Program-made: the position numbers and the translations under genes
Assembly: GCA_930990515.1 (NCBI GenBank)
Contig: CAKNPS010000003.1
Location: 122,903 to 186,902 of the forward strand
Length of the DNA: 64,000 nucleotides
From: an uncultured Clostridia bacterium
GTDB taxonomy: Bacteria; Bacillota; Clostridia; Christensenellales; UBA1242
Direction: 5' to 3'
Part shown: positions 18,594 through 28,549 of the stretch, piece by piece
How the letters are laid out: each line of letters starts with the position of its first letter
Numbering within the stretch: the first letter of the stretch is position 1
The notes under the pieces: model-generated
The model's input: only the letters and a program-made list of their open reading frames with translations
The model's database searches: none
What the model was told of the DNA's origin: nothing

Positions 18594-20671
18594 GAGAAGT
18601 AACCATTGAAAAAATAAATAAAAATTTCCACTTAAGTCCGCACGAACATAAGTTGATGGAAAAAATTGTGGTTGAAGAAGAAAATCTTGACCGACTAAAT
18701 TATGTCATTGACATTATGGCGGAATATTATATGGAAAATGAAGTCCTAATGGGATATCTTCTTTTTCAATATTCCAAAGTTTTTGAAGAAGATGCTAAAA
18801 ACTATGAAAAGGAACTCTCTAACAACCAACATAAACTTTATGAAACCTTTAAACTTCTTCGCAATGTGAACACAATTTCAAAAAGTGGGGAAGCGGAAGA
18901 TATCAAGCGTATGTTTGTGGCAATTTGCCAAGATATGCGTGTGGTTATCATTAAGTTTGCTACCATTGATTATGATTTAAAACGCGTTACACTTCCAATG
19001 GAAGAAGAAACTCGAAAGTTTGTTAAAATGGTTGCTGATATTTTTGCTCCACTTGCTGAAAGTTTAGGCCTAAGTAAATTTAAAAATTCGTTTGAAGAAA
19101 ACACATTTAGATTATTAGAATCAAAAGCTTACAATGAACTTAAAAACAATGTTCTTCTTAAAACAGAAGACAATATGAAACAAATGGAGATTGTGGAGCG
19201 AAAACTCTACAAAATTTTGCGTGAATTAAACATTGATGGGGAAATACAAAAAAGGCAAAAACACCTTTATAGCGTCTATAAAAAGTTGAAAATGAAGAAC
19301 ATCACACTTGGAAAAGTCTATGACCTTCTTGCTATGCGTGTTATAGTGCCAACTGTTGAAGACTGTTATGCAGTTTTTGGAAAAATTCATTCTTTATATA
19401 AACCTATGGCGGGGCGTGTTAAAGACTATATTGCCAATCCTAAACCAAACGGATATCAAAGTTTGCATACCACAATCATTGCTGATAACAACAGACCACT
19501 TGAAATTCAAATTCGAACTTTTGATATGCATAAGCACGCCGAATATGGTATTGCTGCTCACTGGATATATAAAGAAAGACGAACATCTAATAAGTTTGAC
19601 AACAAATTTGCTAGAATCAAGCAAATTCTTGATAATTCTGACGAACTTTCTCCACAAGAATTTTTGGAAACATTGAAAAGCGATTTGTATGGCGAAAGTA
19701 TTTTTGTGCAAACTCCAAAAGGAAAGGTTTTGGAACTTCCACTTCATTCCACAGTGATTGACTTTGCTTATGCCATTCACAGCGAAATAGGAAATAAGTG
19801 TGTGGGTGGCAAAATCAATGGCAAACTTTTTCCTATTACTACTGAATTAAATAATGGCGACACTGTGGAGATTATTACCAATCAAAACAGTAAAGGACCA
19901 TCGCGAGACTGGCTCAAACACGTCAAGACTTCTTCTGCAAGAAGCAAAATCCGTTCTTTCTTTAAAAGTGAGTTTAAAGAAGAAAACACTCGTATGGGGA
20001 AGAGCATTTTTGAGCAAGCCTTAAAGAACAAAAACCTAAATCTAACAAAAGCGGATAAGGATAAATATTTGAATGAAATTGCTTTGTCGCTTATGATGGA
20101 AACTCCAGACATGCTTTTTGCGGAACTTGGTGGCGGAACTTTGTCCATAAATTCTGTTATGGGCAGACTTTTAAATCTTTACTACAAAGAAAATGCACAA
20201 GAAATTAAAACTCAAGTGATTGAAGTTAAAAAGAGCAAGGACGGCGTGTTGATTGATGGCGACAGCGGTCTTCTTATTCGATATGCTGGGTGTTGTTCGC
20301 CAGTCATTGGGGACGATATTATTGGTTATATCTCTCGTGGGAAAGGTGTGACCATACATAGAAAAGAATGTCCAAATTTAAAATATCTTGAAAAAGAGCG
20401 TCTTGTTGATGCAAAGTGGGAAGACGATATTACAGCAAAATTTGTGACAACAATTAAGGTTGTGGCTGATGATGACAACACTTCTGCTGAATATATCAAT
20501 AATGTTGCCAAGAATTTGAAAATTGGACTTCGTGGTTTCTCATACAAAAAGGCGAAAAATGACATTATTTTTGATATTAAATTTGAAGTTAAAGGCAAAG
20601 ACGAGTTAGACAGTGTGATTAAAACTTTTGAAGGTGTGAAAGGAGTGCAAAAAGTTTATAGGAGTGAATGA
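18590..20671 (+). CDS. relA: RelA/SpoT-homolog (p)ppGpp synthetase with a degenerate N-terminal HD (hydrolase) region
   Basis: Synthetase blocks RVKDYIANPKPNGYQSLHTTI and EIQIRTFDMHKHAEYGIAAHWIYKE. TGS block VQTPKGKVLELPLHSTVIDFAYAIHSEIG. ACT-like C-terminus. The N-terminal 190 aa align in layout to the HD domain but lack the H..HD residues. Confidence 0.85.
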   Translation: MREVTIEKINKNFHLSPHEHKLMEKIVVEEENLDRLNYVIDIMAEYYMENEVLMGYLLFQYSKVFEEDAKNYEKELSNNQHKLYETFKLLRNVNTISKSGEAEDIKRMFVAICQDMRVVIIKFATIDYDLKRVTLPMEEETRKFVKMVADIFAPLAESLGLSKFKNSFEENTFRLLESKAYNELKNNVLLKTEDNMKQMEIVERKLYKILRELNIDGEIQKRQKHLYSVYKKLKMKNITLGKVYDLLAMRVIVPTVEDCYAVFGKIHSLYKPMAGRVKDYIANPKPNGYQSLHTTIIADNNRPLEIQIRTFDMHKHAEYGIAAHWIYKERRTSNKFDNKFARIKQILDNSDELSPQEFLETLKSDLYGESIFVQTPKGKVLELPLHSTVIDFAYAIHSEIGNKCVGGKINGKLFPITTELNNGDTVEIITNQNSKGPSRDWLKHVKTSSARSKIRSFFKSEFKEENTRMGKSIFEQALKNKNLNLTKADKDKYLNEIALSLMMETPDMLFAELGGGTLSINSVMGRLLNLYYKENAQEIKTQVIEVKKSKDGVLIDGDSGLLIRYAGCCSPVIGDDIIGYISRGKGVTIHRKECPNLKYLEKERLVDAKWEDDITAKFVTTIKVVADDDNTSAEYINNVAKNLKIGLRGFSYKKAKNDIIFDIKFEVKGKDELDSVIKTFEGVKGVQKVYRSE

Positions 20672-22080
20672 TGAAAATTGTCTGTGAAAATATAGATTAC
20701 GAAAAAGATATGCAAGACCTTGTCAATCTCTTTTATCGTGAGACTGATAATCCTTTTTCTATTCATCACAGCGATGTCACAATTGGCGGGACAACCACAA
20801 GTAAAATTGAAATAATAAATGGCGAAGAAAAAAAAGAATATGTTAAATTTTTCTCGCTTCCACCAAATCTCACTCCACTTCGCGAAAAAAGTTTAAGAAA
20901 AAGCAATTTTAAAAATCACCTATATCAAGTGCTGTCTTCAATAACAAAAAAATCTTTGCCTTGGGGCTCACTCACAGGGGTTAGACCTTGCAAGTTTGTG
21001 AGAGAAATGGTGGAAAGGGGAGAAGTTAAAGAACATCTTATTCCTGAAATGCTTATGAAAGAATATTATGTCGAAGAAGATAAGGCAAGACTTGTTTTGG
21101 ACATACTCCGAAATCAAAAATGCATCATTAAAAATGATAAACTTGTTGACCTTTTCATTAACATTCCAATTTGCCCAACAAGGTGCAACTATTGCTCCTT
21201 TATCTCTAATGAACTATGCAAAGTTGCTGACAAAGTGGATACATATCTTGATTGTCTTTTAAAAGAACTTAGAGCAGTTAAAAAACTCATTGCGGACAAG
21301 TCATATGTTATTCGAACGATATACATTGGTGGTGGAACTCCAACGGTTTTAACAAATTTACAACTTGAAAGACTTTTGAGTGAAATAAATTATCCAGTTA
21401 CAGAATTTACTGTGGAATGTGGCAGGGCAGACACAATAACAAGAGAAAAACTTGAGATTTTGAAAAGATATAACGTCAGTCGAATTTCCATAAATCCACA
21501 AACCTTTTGCGAAAGCACTTTAAAGCGAATTGGAAGAAAACAAACCAACAAGCAAATTCTAGAAGCATATATGATGGCTATGGAATATGATTTTGTGGTA
21601 AATATGGACATAATTGCAGGACTTCCAGGAGAAAAGTTTGGAATTTTCAAAAGGACAATAAACACTCTTTTGGAACTTTCACCACATAATATCACAGTTC
21701 ACACTTTGACCTATAAAAATGGAACTGATTTAAAAGACGACAATTCTCAAGTGTTTGAAAAAGAAGTTCCAAGAATGGTGGACTATGCAGAAAAAACACT
21801 TATTGAAAATGACTATAAACCATATTACATTTATCGTCAAAAAAATCAAATTGGTGGATTAGAGAATGTCGGCTACTACCGAGATGGGAATGTGTGCATA
21901 TTCAACATTGACAGTATGGAAGATGTATCGTCGGTCATCGGTATTGGTGCTGGAGCAATTTCAAAACGAGTTTTCAACCTTGAAAATCGAATTGAAAGAG
22001 AACCAAATTGCAAATTTATTACCGACTATATTGACCGCATAGATGAAATGATAGCAAAAAAAGTGAAATTTTTTAGTTAA
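20668..22080 (+). CDS. Radical SAM protein, HemN/HemZ-like oxygen-independent coproporphyrinogen oxidase family
   Basis: CxxxCxxC motif in PICPTRCNYCSF, then GGGTP. The 470-aa length and long N-terminal extension are typical of HemZ-type proteins. Confidence 0.7.
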   Translation: MMKIVCENIDYEKDMQDLVNLFYRETDNPFSIHHSDVTIGGTTTSKIEIINGEEKKEYVKFFSLPPNLTPLREKSLRKSNFKNHLYQVLSSITKKSLPWGSLTGVRPCKFVREMVERGEVKEHLIPEMLMKEYYVEEDKARLVLDILRNQKCIIKNDKLVDLFINIPICPTRCNYCSFISNELCKVADKVDTYLDCLLKELRAVKKLIADKSYVIRTIYIGGGTPTVLTNLQLERLLSEINYPVTEFTVECGRADTITREKLEILKRYNVSRISINPQTFCESTLKRIGRKQTNKQILEAYMMAMEYDFVVNMDIIAGLPGEKFGIFKRTINTLLELSPHNITVHTLTYKNGTDLKDDNSQVFEKEVPRMVDYAEKTLIENDYKPYYIYRQKNQIGGLENVGYYRDGNVCIFNIDSMEDVSSVIGIGAGAISKRVFNLENRIEREPNCKFITDYIDRIDEMIAKKVKFFS

Positions 22081-22090
22081 ATTTTTATAT

Positions 22091-22336
22091 TTATTCTATT
22101 TCGAGATTTTCAAAATTAAAAAATGGACTATCTAAAAATTCAATTAGAGATATATTAAAACCTTGTGCAATTAACATTACTGTTGATAATGTTACTGTTT
22201 TATTTTTTTCTTTTAGGATACATCCAAGACGACTGTGAGACAAACCACTATTTTGTTCAAGTCTATATTGCGTCATATGTTTTTCATTTAGCAATTCACA
22301 AGTTCGCATTGCAACGGCTTTATTTACAGTCATCAT
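22091..22336 (-). CDS. XRE-family helix-turn-helix transcriptional regulator
   Basis: MMTVNKAVAMRTCELLNEKHMTQYRLEQNSGLSHSRLGCILKEKNKTVTLSTVMLIAQGFNISLIEFL is a classic Cro/C1-type HTH. I moved the start to the ATGATG at 22336 downstream of aaaggag; the longer ORF-track start has no SD. Confidence 0.75.
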   Translation of the reverse strand: MMTVNKAVAMRTCELLNEKHMTQYRLEQNSGLSHSRLGCILKEKNKTVTLSTVMLIAQGFNISLIEFLDSPFFNFENLEIE

Positions 22337-22391
22337 AATTAATATTATTCTCCTTTTTAATAATATTAACAATTTATGTAAATATATTTAG

Positions 22392-22405
22392 GCAAGTATA
22401 CTTGC
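22392..22405. promoter_or_regulatory. Perfect 14-bp palindrome, candidate operator in the divergent XRE/22451 promoter region
   Basis: GCAAGTATACTTGC overlaps the -35 (TTGCAT 22402-22407) of a TTGCAT-17-TGtTATAAT promoter for the 22451 gene. Confidence 0.5.
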
Positions 22406-22450
22406 ATATTTAAAGATAATATGTTATAATTAACAATAGGAGAGTGATTT

Positions 22451-23470
22451 ATGTTATCTTTAAAAATTAGTATTCATAGAAGATTGAAACTAGTGGCTTA
22501 TAGTGGTGTATTAAATTTGGACAATGATTATATTACTATTTCAACTAGTTCTTTATTATCTGGGGAAACTGAATTAGCTATTATTCCTTATGATGAAATA
22601 AAAGATGTGGAAATAAATTCATATTCAATTATTTTCAATTTAAAAAATGGTAATAAGATCCCACAAGATAATTATTGGGTTTGGTTTACAATAAATTCAA
22701 AATATGTTCATTTTTTAAAAGATTATATTAAAGCCAAAATTGAAAATAATCAAGAAGAAATTAAGATATTAGAAAATGTATATATTAATAATCAATTTGA
22801 AACTTATTTCATGAATGATGAGAAAAAAGAAAAATGGAAACAAAGGAAGAAAACAAGTAAAATAATCTCAATTGTTCTCTTATGTGTTTTGATAATGTTA
22901 ATTGTAGGGACAATAATATTGGTATTAATTAAAAATAATGATACATCTAGTATGCCTAATTATTATGAAAGTAATGAATATAAAAATTTAAGTCCTAAAA
23001 ATAAAGCAATTTCCATTTTAGAAAGAGAAGGGGAATATGATTTAGAAGAAAACTTATACACTTTATATAGAGAGGATTATTATTCTTCTTCTATTTTTGA
23101 AGTTGGTTCTACTTATTATATTAATGAAGATGAGTTAATTATTTATTTTATTCAAATAGATGTAGATAATGATAATACAAAAATAGTTACTCAAATATGG
23201 TTAGATGATTATTCAAATGAGTTTTTATTTGGAATTAAAATATTAGACCATACTGATAGTGTGGTGTTTGCAGAAATGGGAACAATAAATTCAACAACTT
23301 TCAGTCCATATAGTTATATTCCAGTGGATGACATAACTTATCCTGAAAGTTTAAAAACAGAGCTTGAAGTTTTTTGCTCAAGCTATATTACAACACTATT
23401 AGAAATCTCTAACAATAACTTTAAAAATTATAATTTAGCATTGAATGATTTTGGTTTTATTTATTTTTAA
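22451..23470 (+). CDS. Hypothetical single-pass membrane protein (339 aa)
   Basis: SD aggag. One central TM helix (IISIVLLCVLIMLIVGTIILVLI). The N-terminal cytoplasmic domain of about 110 aa looks PH/GRAM-like. Very AT-rich. Confidence 0.55.
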   Translation: MLSLKISIHRRLKLVAYSGVLNLDNDYITISTSSLLSGETELAIIPYDEIKDVEINSYSIIFNLKNGNKIPQDNYWVWFTINSKYVHFLKDYIKAKIENNQEEIKILENVYINNQFETYFMNDEKKEKWKQRKKTSKIISIVLLCVLIMLIVGTIILVLIKNNDTSSMPNYYESNEYKNLSPKNKAISILEREGEYDLEENLYTLYREDYYSSSIFEVGSTYYINEDELIIYFIQIDVDNDNTKIVTQIWLDDYSNEFLFGIKILDHTDSVVFAEMGTINSTTFSPYSYIPVDDITYPESLKTELEVFCSSYITTLLEISNNNFKNYNLALNDFGFIYF

Positions 23471-23514
23471 TATGCCATTTAATGAAATTTTATCAAAATA
23501 ATTTGTTAAAATTC

Positions 23515-23543
23515 TTTACATTTGAAGATTTTTGTGTTAAAAT
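23515..23543 (+). promoter_or_regulatory. Promoter of rpsO, followed by a leader of about 85 nt
   Basis: TTTACA (23515-23520), 17-nt spacer, TGtTAAAAT (hexamer 23538-23543). The leader has a GC-richer segment, ggtggagaccttcaacccc, that could be an S15 autoregulatory structure; this is not verified. Confidence 0.5.
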
Positions 23544-23634
23544 AAAAAAGTCGATAATACTTTTGCACAGTTTGGTGGAGACCTTCAACCCCTTGCTTTG
23601 TGAATGTAGTTAAATTTTAAAGAAGGAGATTTAT

Positions 23635-23898
23635 ATGGAAAACAAAAGTGAAATCATTGCAAAGTTTAAACAATCTGAGAATGATACAGGTTCTGTTCAA
23701 GTGCAAGTTGCTCTTCTCACTGAAAGAATCAACCACTTAACTGAACACTTAAAGAAAAATCCAAAAGATAACCATTCAAGACGTGGACTTTTGCAAATGG
23801 TTGGTAAAAGAAAAGGTTTCTTGCAATATCTTAAAGATAAAGATATCGAAGCATACAGAAAACTTATCAAAGAATTGAACATTAGAGAAGTTAAATAA
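23635..23898 (+). CDS. rpsO: 30S ribosomal protein S15
   Basis: 87 aa, with [42 protein letters not shown]. Confidence 0.97.
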   Translation: MENKSEIIAKFKQSENDTGSVQVQVALLTERINHLTEHLKKNPKDNHSRRGLLQMVGKRKGFLQYLKDKDIEAYRKLIKELNIREVK

Positions 23899-23951
23899 GA
23901 AAAGGGGGAGCGTGTTTTTTTGCTCTCTTTTTTTCAATAATAGGAGTATTT

Positions 23952-26054
23952 ATGAAAACTGAATTATCTAAGAAATTTGAAATTGAAATCGCTGGCAAAA
24001 AAGTTATTTTTGAAACAGGAGCATTATGTGGGCAATCTAACGGCTCTTGTCTTGTTACTTGTGGTGAAACTGTTATTATGGTCAATGTCACAATGAGTGA
24101 AGAACCAAAACCGGGGATTGATTTCTTCCCATTATCTGTCGAATATCAAGAAAAAATGTATTCTGTTGGAAAAATTCCAGGTGGATTTAAGAAAAGAGAA
24201 GGTCGTCCTTCTGATAAGGCAATTCTCGTTTCTCGTCTTATTGATAGACCACTTCGTCCACTTTTCCCAAAAGGATTCTATAATGATGTTGTTGTTGTGG
24301 CAACAGCACTTTCCATTGACCCAGATGTAAGCCCAGAGCCACTTGCAATGCTTGGTTCTTCTTTTGCTCTTTCCATTTCTGACATTCCTTTCCTTGGACC
24401 TACAGGTTCAGTTTTGGTTGGACTTGTTGATGGTAAATTTATTATCAATCCTAACCAAGAAGAAAGAGAAAAAAGCGACCTTCATCTTACTGTTTCTGGA
24501 ACAGAAGAAGCTGTTTTAATGGTGGAAGCAGGTGCAAATGAAGTGCCAGAAGAACAAATTCTTGATGCTATTATGTTTGCACACGAAGAAATTAAGAAAA
24601 TTGTTAACTTCATTAAGGGTGTTAAGGCGGAAATTGGCAAGCCTGTAAATCCTAACATTCCATACTACACAATTCCTGAAGAAATTGACAGTGAAGTAAG
24701 AAAGTTTGCTAGTGAAAAACTTGACTATGCATTAGATACTTTTGTTCGTCACGAACGCCAAGAAAGACAAGATGCTGTTGACAAGGAAACAAAAGAACAT
24801 TTTGCGGAAATTTTCCCAGACAAAGAAAGAGAAATTGGCGATGTTCTCTATAAAATGACAAAGGAAAAGGTTAGAGCAAAAATTTTAGAGAAAGGTATTC
24901 GTCCAGACGGAAGAACCTTAGAGCAAATTCGTCCTATTTGGTGTGAAGTTGGAGTTCTTCCAAGAGTTCACGGAAGTGCTGTGTTTACTCGTGGCGAAAC
25001 ACAAGTTTTGTCTTGCTTGACACTTGGAACAGTCAGTGATGTTCAACAACTTGACGGACTTGACGATGAAGAAGTAAATCGTTATGTTCATCATTATAAT
25101 ATGCCACCTTATGCAACAGGTGAAGCAAAAATGATTAAATCAACAGGCCGTCGTGAAATCGGTCACGGGGCACTTGCAGAAAGGGCATTGGAACCAGTTG
25201 TTCCAAAAGAAGACGTTTTCCCTTATGCTCTAAGAATTGTGAGCGAAGTTTTATCTTCAAATGGTTCTTCTTCAATGGCAAGCGTTTGTGGTTCAACTCT
25301 TGCACTTATGGACGGCGGTGTGCCAATTTCTGCTCCTGTTGCAGGAATTGCTATGGGACTTATCAAAGACGAAAATTCTAAGAAAGTGGCAGTTTTATCT
25401 GATATTCAAGGTCTTGAAGATTTCCTTGGCGATATGGATTTTAAAGTTACAGGAACTGCAAAAGGTGTGACTGCCATTCAAATGGATATTAAGATTAAAG
25501 GAATTGACAAAGCTATTCTTTCTGAAGCATTAGGGAGAGCAAAAATTGGAAGAATGTACATTATGGACAAACTTCTTGCTTGCATTAAAGAACCTAGAAA
25601 AGAAATTTCAAAATATGCTCCTAAAATTATTACTTTCGAAATTGACCCAGAGAAAATTAAAGATGTTATTGGTTCTGGTGGAAAAACAATCAACAAAATC
25701 ATTGCAGAAACTGGTGTTAAGATTGACATTGAAGATGACGGAACCGTTTTCATTGCGTCTGTTGATAGCGAAATGAACGAAAAAGCAAAGAAAATCATTC
25801 TTTCAATTGTGGAAGAAATTGAAGTTGGCGATGTTTATGACGGAAAAGTTACAAGAACAACCGCTTTTGGTGCTTTTGTGGAACTTGGGATGGGAAAAGA
25901 AGGTATGATTCACATCTCTAAACTTTCTTCAAAACGAGTAAACAAAGTGGAAGATGTTGTCAAAGTTGGCGATACTGTCGAAGTTGAAGTTATCAAAATT
26001 GACGACAAAGGAAGAATTGACCTAAAACGCCTTGAAAAGAAAGAAGAAAAATAA
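23952..26054 (+). CDS. pnp: Polyribonucleotide nucleotidyltransferase (PNPase)
   Basis: 700 aa with two RNase PH domains, a KH segment (GSGGKTINKI) and an S1 domain (GDVYDGKVTRTTAFGAFVEL). Canonical rpsO-pnp order. Confidence 0.97.
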   Translation: MKTELSKKFEIEIAGKKVIFETGALCGQSNGSCLVTCGETVIMVNVTMSEEPKPGIDFFPLSVEYQEKMYSVGKIPGGFKKREGRPSDKAILVSRLIDRPLRPLFPKGFYNDVVVVATALSIDPDVSPEPLAMLGSSFALSISDIPFLGPTGSVLVGLVDGKFIINPNQEEREKSDLHLTVSGTEEAVLMVEAGANEVPEEQILDAIMFAHEEIKKIVNFIKGVKAEIGKPVNPNIPYYTIPEEIDSEVRKFASEKLDYALDTFVRHERQERQDAVDKETKEHFAEIFPDKEREIGDVLYKMTKEKVRAKILEKGIRPDGRTLEQIRPIWCEVGVLPRVHGSAVFTRGETQVLSCLTLGTVSDVQQLDGLDDEEVNRYVHHYNMPPYATGEAKMIKSTGRREIGHGALAERALEPVVPKEDVFPYALRIVSEVLSSNGSSSMASVCGSTLALMDGGVPISAPVAGIAMGLIKDENSKKVAVLSDIQGLEDFLGDMDFKVTGTAKGVTAIQMDIKIKGIDKAILSEALGRAKIGRMYIMDKLLACIKEPRKEISKYAPKIITFEIDPEKIKDVIGSGGKTINKIIAETGVKIDIEDDGTVFIASVDSEMNEKAKKIILSIVEEIEVGDVYDGKVTRTTAFGAFVELGMGKEGMIHISKLSSKRVNKVEDVVKVGDTVEVEVIKIDDKGRIDLKRLEKKEEK

Positions 26055-26069
26055 TTTTGTAGGAATTTT

Positions 26070-26921
26070 ATGAAAAGACATTGTGTGAAATTCTCGGAAC
26101 TTTCAAAAACGAGCAAGATTTACCGTATTGTTAATTTATGCTTGACCGGAGCAATCTTTTTGCTGATGGTTGGGCTCGGAATTTATAATGCTGTGATTGG
26201 CGACCCTAACAATCGTGTCGCATCTGCATTTATGCTTGCGGTTGTGACAATTCTTCCACTTCTTGTGGAACTAATTTTTCGCTGGCGTTTTTCTAACACG
26301 ATGTATTTATTATATTTAATATATTTACTTCTTGCAGGTCTTGGTTCAGTTTTGAGTATTTATAAGAATATTCCTTATTATGATAAAATTATTCACGTGC
26401 TTGCAGGCTATACTTTTGCACTTCTAGGAATTTACATTTTTTCATTACTTGAAGATTACTACAAATTCAAACCTATCACAATTGCCTTTATGGCTCTATG
26501 CTTTACACTCGGAGTTGCACTTGTTTGGGAGTTAATGGAGTGGTTTAGTGATGTGTTTATGGGTATGGATGCTCAAGGTATTCCACCAGAAGGGTTTGAT
26601 GTTCCACTTGTTACAGATACAGATGGAGATATGCTTTGCAATTTATGTGGTGGACTTGTCTTTTTTGCACATTACTTAATTGGTAAATATTCTAAATGTT
26701 CACTTGGAATTAAGTATTACGAAAAAGAGTTTATTTTTCTAAAAAAGAATTCAGTTAAGTTTCAAGAAAATAAATTTGAGCATATTGAAAATGCTAAATT
26801 AGAAGAAAATGTTGAAAATTTTGATAAAAATGATGAAAAAAATCAAAATTTAAGCGAAAATTTAGAAAATAAGCAAAAAAAAATGAGAATAAAAAGAGTG
26901 AATAATGCTTGCAACCTATGA
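26070..26921 (+). CDS. Polytopic membrane protein (possibly YjdF/DUF2238-like)
   Basis: Five or six hydrophobic helices, a WELMEWFSD motif and a low-complexity K/E/N tail. The family assignment is tentative. Confidence 0.5.
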   Translation: MKRHCVKFSELSKTSKIYRIVNLCLTGAIFLLMVGLGIYNAVIGDPNNRVASAFMLAVVTILPLLVELIFRWRFSNTMYLLYLIYLLLAGLGSVLSIYKNIPYYDKIIHVLAGYTFALLGIYIFSLLEDYYKFKPITIAFMALCFTLGVALVWELMEWFSDVFMGMDAQGIPPEGFDVPLVTDTDGDMLCNLCGGLVFFAHYLIGKYSKCSLGIKYYEKEFIFLKKNSVKFQENKFEHIENAKLEENVENFDKNDEKNQNLSENLENKQKKMRIKRVNNACNL

Positions 26922-27201
26922 AAATAAAAGTTAGCGACAAATTGATGTTTGCTATCTTTTTTTATTATTTTATTTGTTTTAAACTATCTTAGAAATATCT
27001 TTTTTAAATCAAATTTTTAATAATTTATTTAAAAAAGTGTTTAATTTTAAATGACAAATTTTTTTTAATATTTTATAATAATAGTGAAAAAGAAATATGA
27101 AATGGCATTTTGATATTTCTTGACAAACTCATATTTTTACATAATCTCGCTTGAACAAGAAATTTGCTGTTTCTTTTCTTTAAGATAAAAGGGGGATATT
27201 T

Positions 27202-28371
27202 ATGAAAGCATTAACTGGCTATAGCATAAATAAAAAAGCTTATGAAGCAGGACTTGAAGCCGCAAAGAAAGCGGGTAAGTCAAAAGATGCAAAAATTGTT
27301 TTTGCTTATATGAGTTGTGATTATAAAATCAAAGATGTCATTAAAGGTATTAAGGAAATTTATGACTGTCCAGTGATTGGAAACACAAGTTTCACTGGCG
27401 TTGTTATGCCAGAAGGTTACATAGGTGGGGACAAACCATTTGTTGGAATTATGGTTTTATGTGACCCTAATATGATTGTTGGTGTTGGTTTTGCTGATAG
27501 AAAAGCATATCAATCTGCTCGTGATGCTGGTGAAGCAGCAACAAAAGCAGCAAGAACAATGACTAAAATGCCATATAATGATGAACCTGATTTGATGTAT
27601 ATGGCTGCAAGTCCAACAGAGGAAGAATTTTTCTTGAAAGGTGCAAATCGTGTTGTTGGTCGTGTTCCACTTTTTGGCGGTTCGGCTGCTGATAACACAA
27701 TCGAAGGGAATTGGAGTTTATATCTTGACAATAAAGTGACAGGAGAAGGCGTTGCTGTTGCTTTATTCTATCTTAAAGGTGGATTTGTTAATGAATTCAC
27801 TGGGGCATATCGCGAAACAAGTGATATGGGCATTATCACAAAAGTTGAAGGAACAAGACAACTTGTCACTATTGATAATGTCCCTGCAGTTAAGAAATAT
27901 GCAAAATGGCGTGGAATTAAAACTTCTGAACTTATGGGAAATAAACTTTTGTCAGCAACAATCACAAGCCCACTTGGTGTTAAAGATAGGCTTGGTGATT
28001 TGATTGCTATTCGCCACCCTATGTTTGCAAATGATGACTATTCAATGAATATCGGTGCAAATCTTTCAGAAGGAACAACCGTAATCCGTATGGAAGCGTC
28101 AGTTGACGAACTTATTAAATCAGTTGGTGACACTCTTATGGCATTGAAATCTAAACTTAAAAAACCTGCAGTTTGCTATCATCTTGTTCATTGTGGCGGA
28201 AGAAGGGCTGGAATTGATGCTAGAGTTAATGAAATTTATGACCAAATCAAAAAGGTTATTGGTGATACTCCTTTCATTATGGAATTCACATTTGGTGAAT
28301 ATGGTTATGTTGATGACGGCAGAAACACAACAGGTGGTTTGATGCTTTCTTTTACAGCCTTCACCAAGTGA
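27202..28371 (+). CDS. FIST-domain-like protein (389 aa)
   Basis: SD aaggggg. The overall layout and the C-terminal FTFGEYGYV...GG segment resemble FIST_N/FIST_C sensory proteins as I remember them. Confidence 0.45.
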   Translation: MKALTGYSINKKAYEAGLEAAKKAGKSKDAKIVFAYMSCDYKIKDVIKGIKEIYDCPVIGNTSFTGVVMPEGYIGGDKPFVGIMVLCDPNMIVGVGFADRKAYQSARDAGEAATKAARTMTKMPYNDEPDLMYMAASPTEEEFFLKGANRVVGRVPLFGGSAADNTIEGNWSLYLDNKVTGEGVAVALFYLKGGFVNEFTGAYRETSDMGIITKVEGTRQLVTIDNVPAVKKYAKWRGIKTSELMGNKLLSATITSPLGVKDRLGDLIAIRHPMFANDDYSMNIGANLSEGTTVIRMEASVDELIKSVGDTLMALKSKLKKPAVCYHLVHCGGRRAGIDARVNEIYDQIKKVIGDTPFIMEFTFGEYGYVDDGRNTTGGLMLSFTAFTK

Positions 28372-28549
28372 CATTGTCACTTTCTAGATTTTAACAAAGC
28401 TTAATTTAAAATAAAGCAAATTTAGAGAAGAAACTGAAGTAAAAAAACAATTACGAATTGGTGATGTTGTTACTTTCTGGATTTTAGCAAGGTTATAATT
28501 AGGTTAATTAATACATGAAGAATTAGTCATAAACTAAAAGGAGAAAAAT

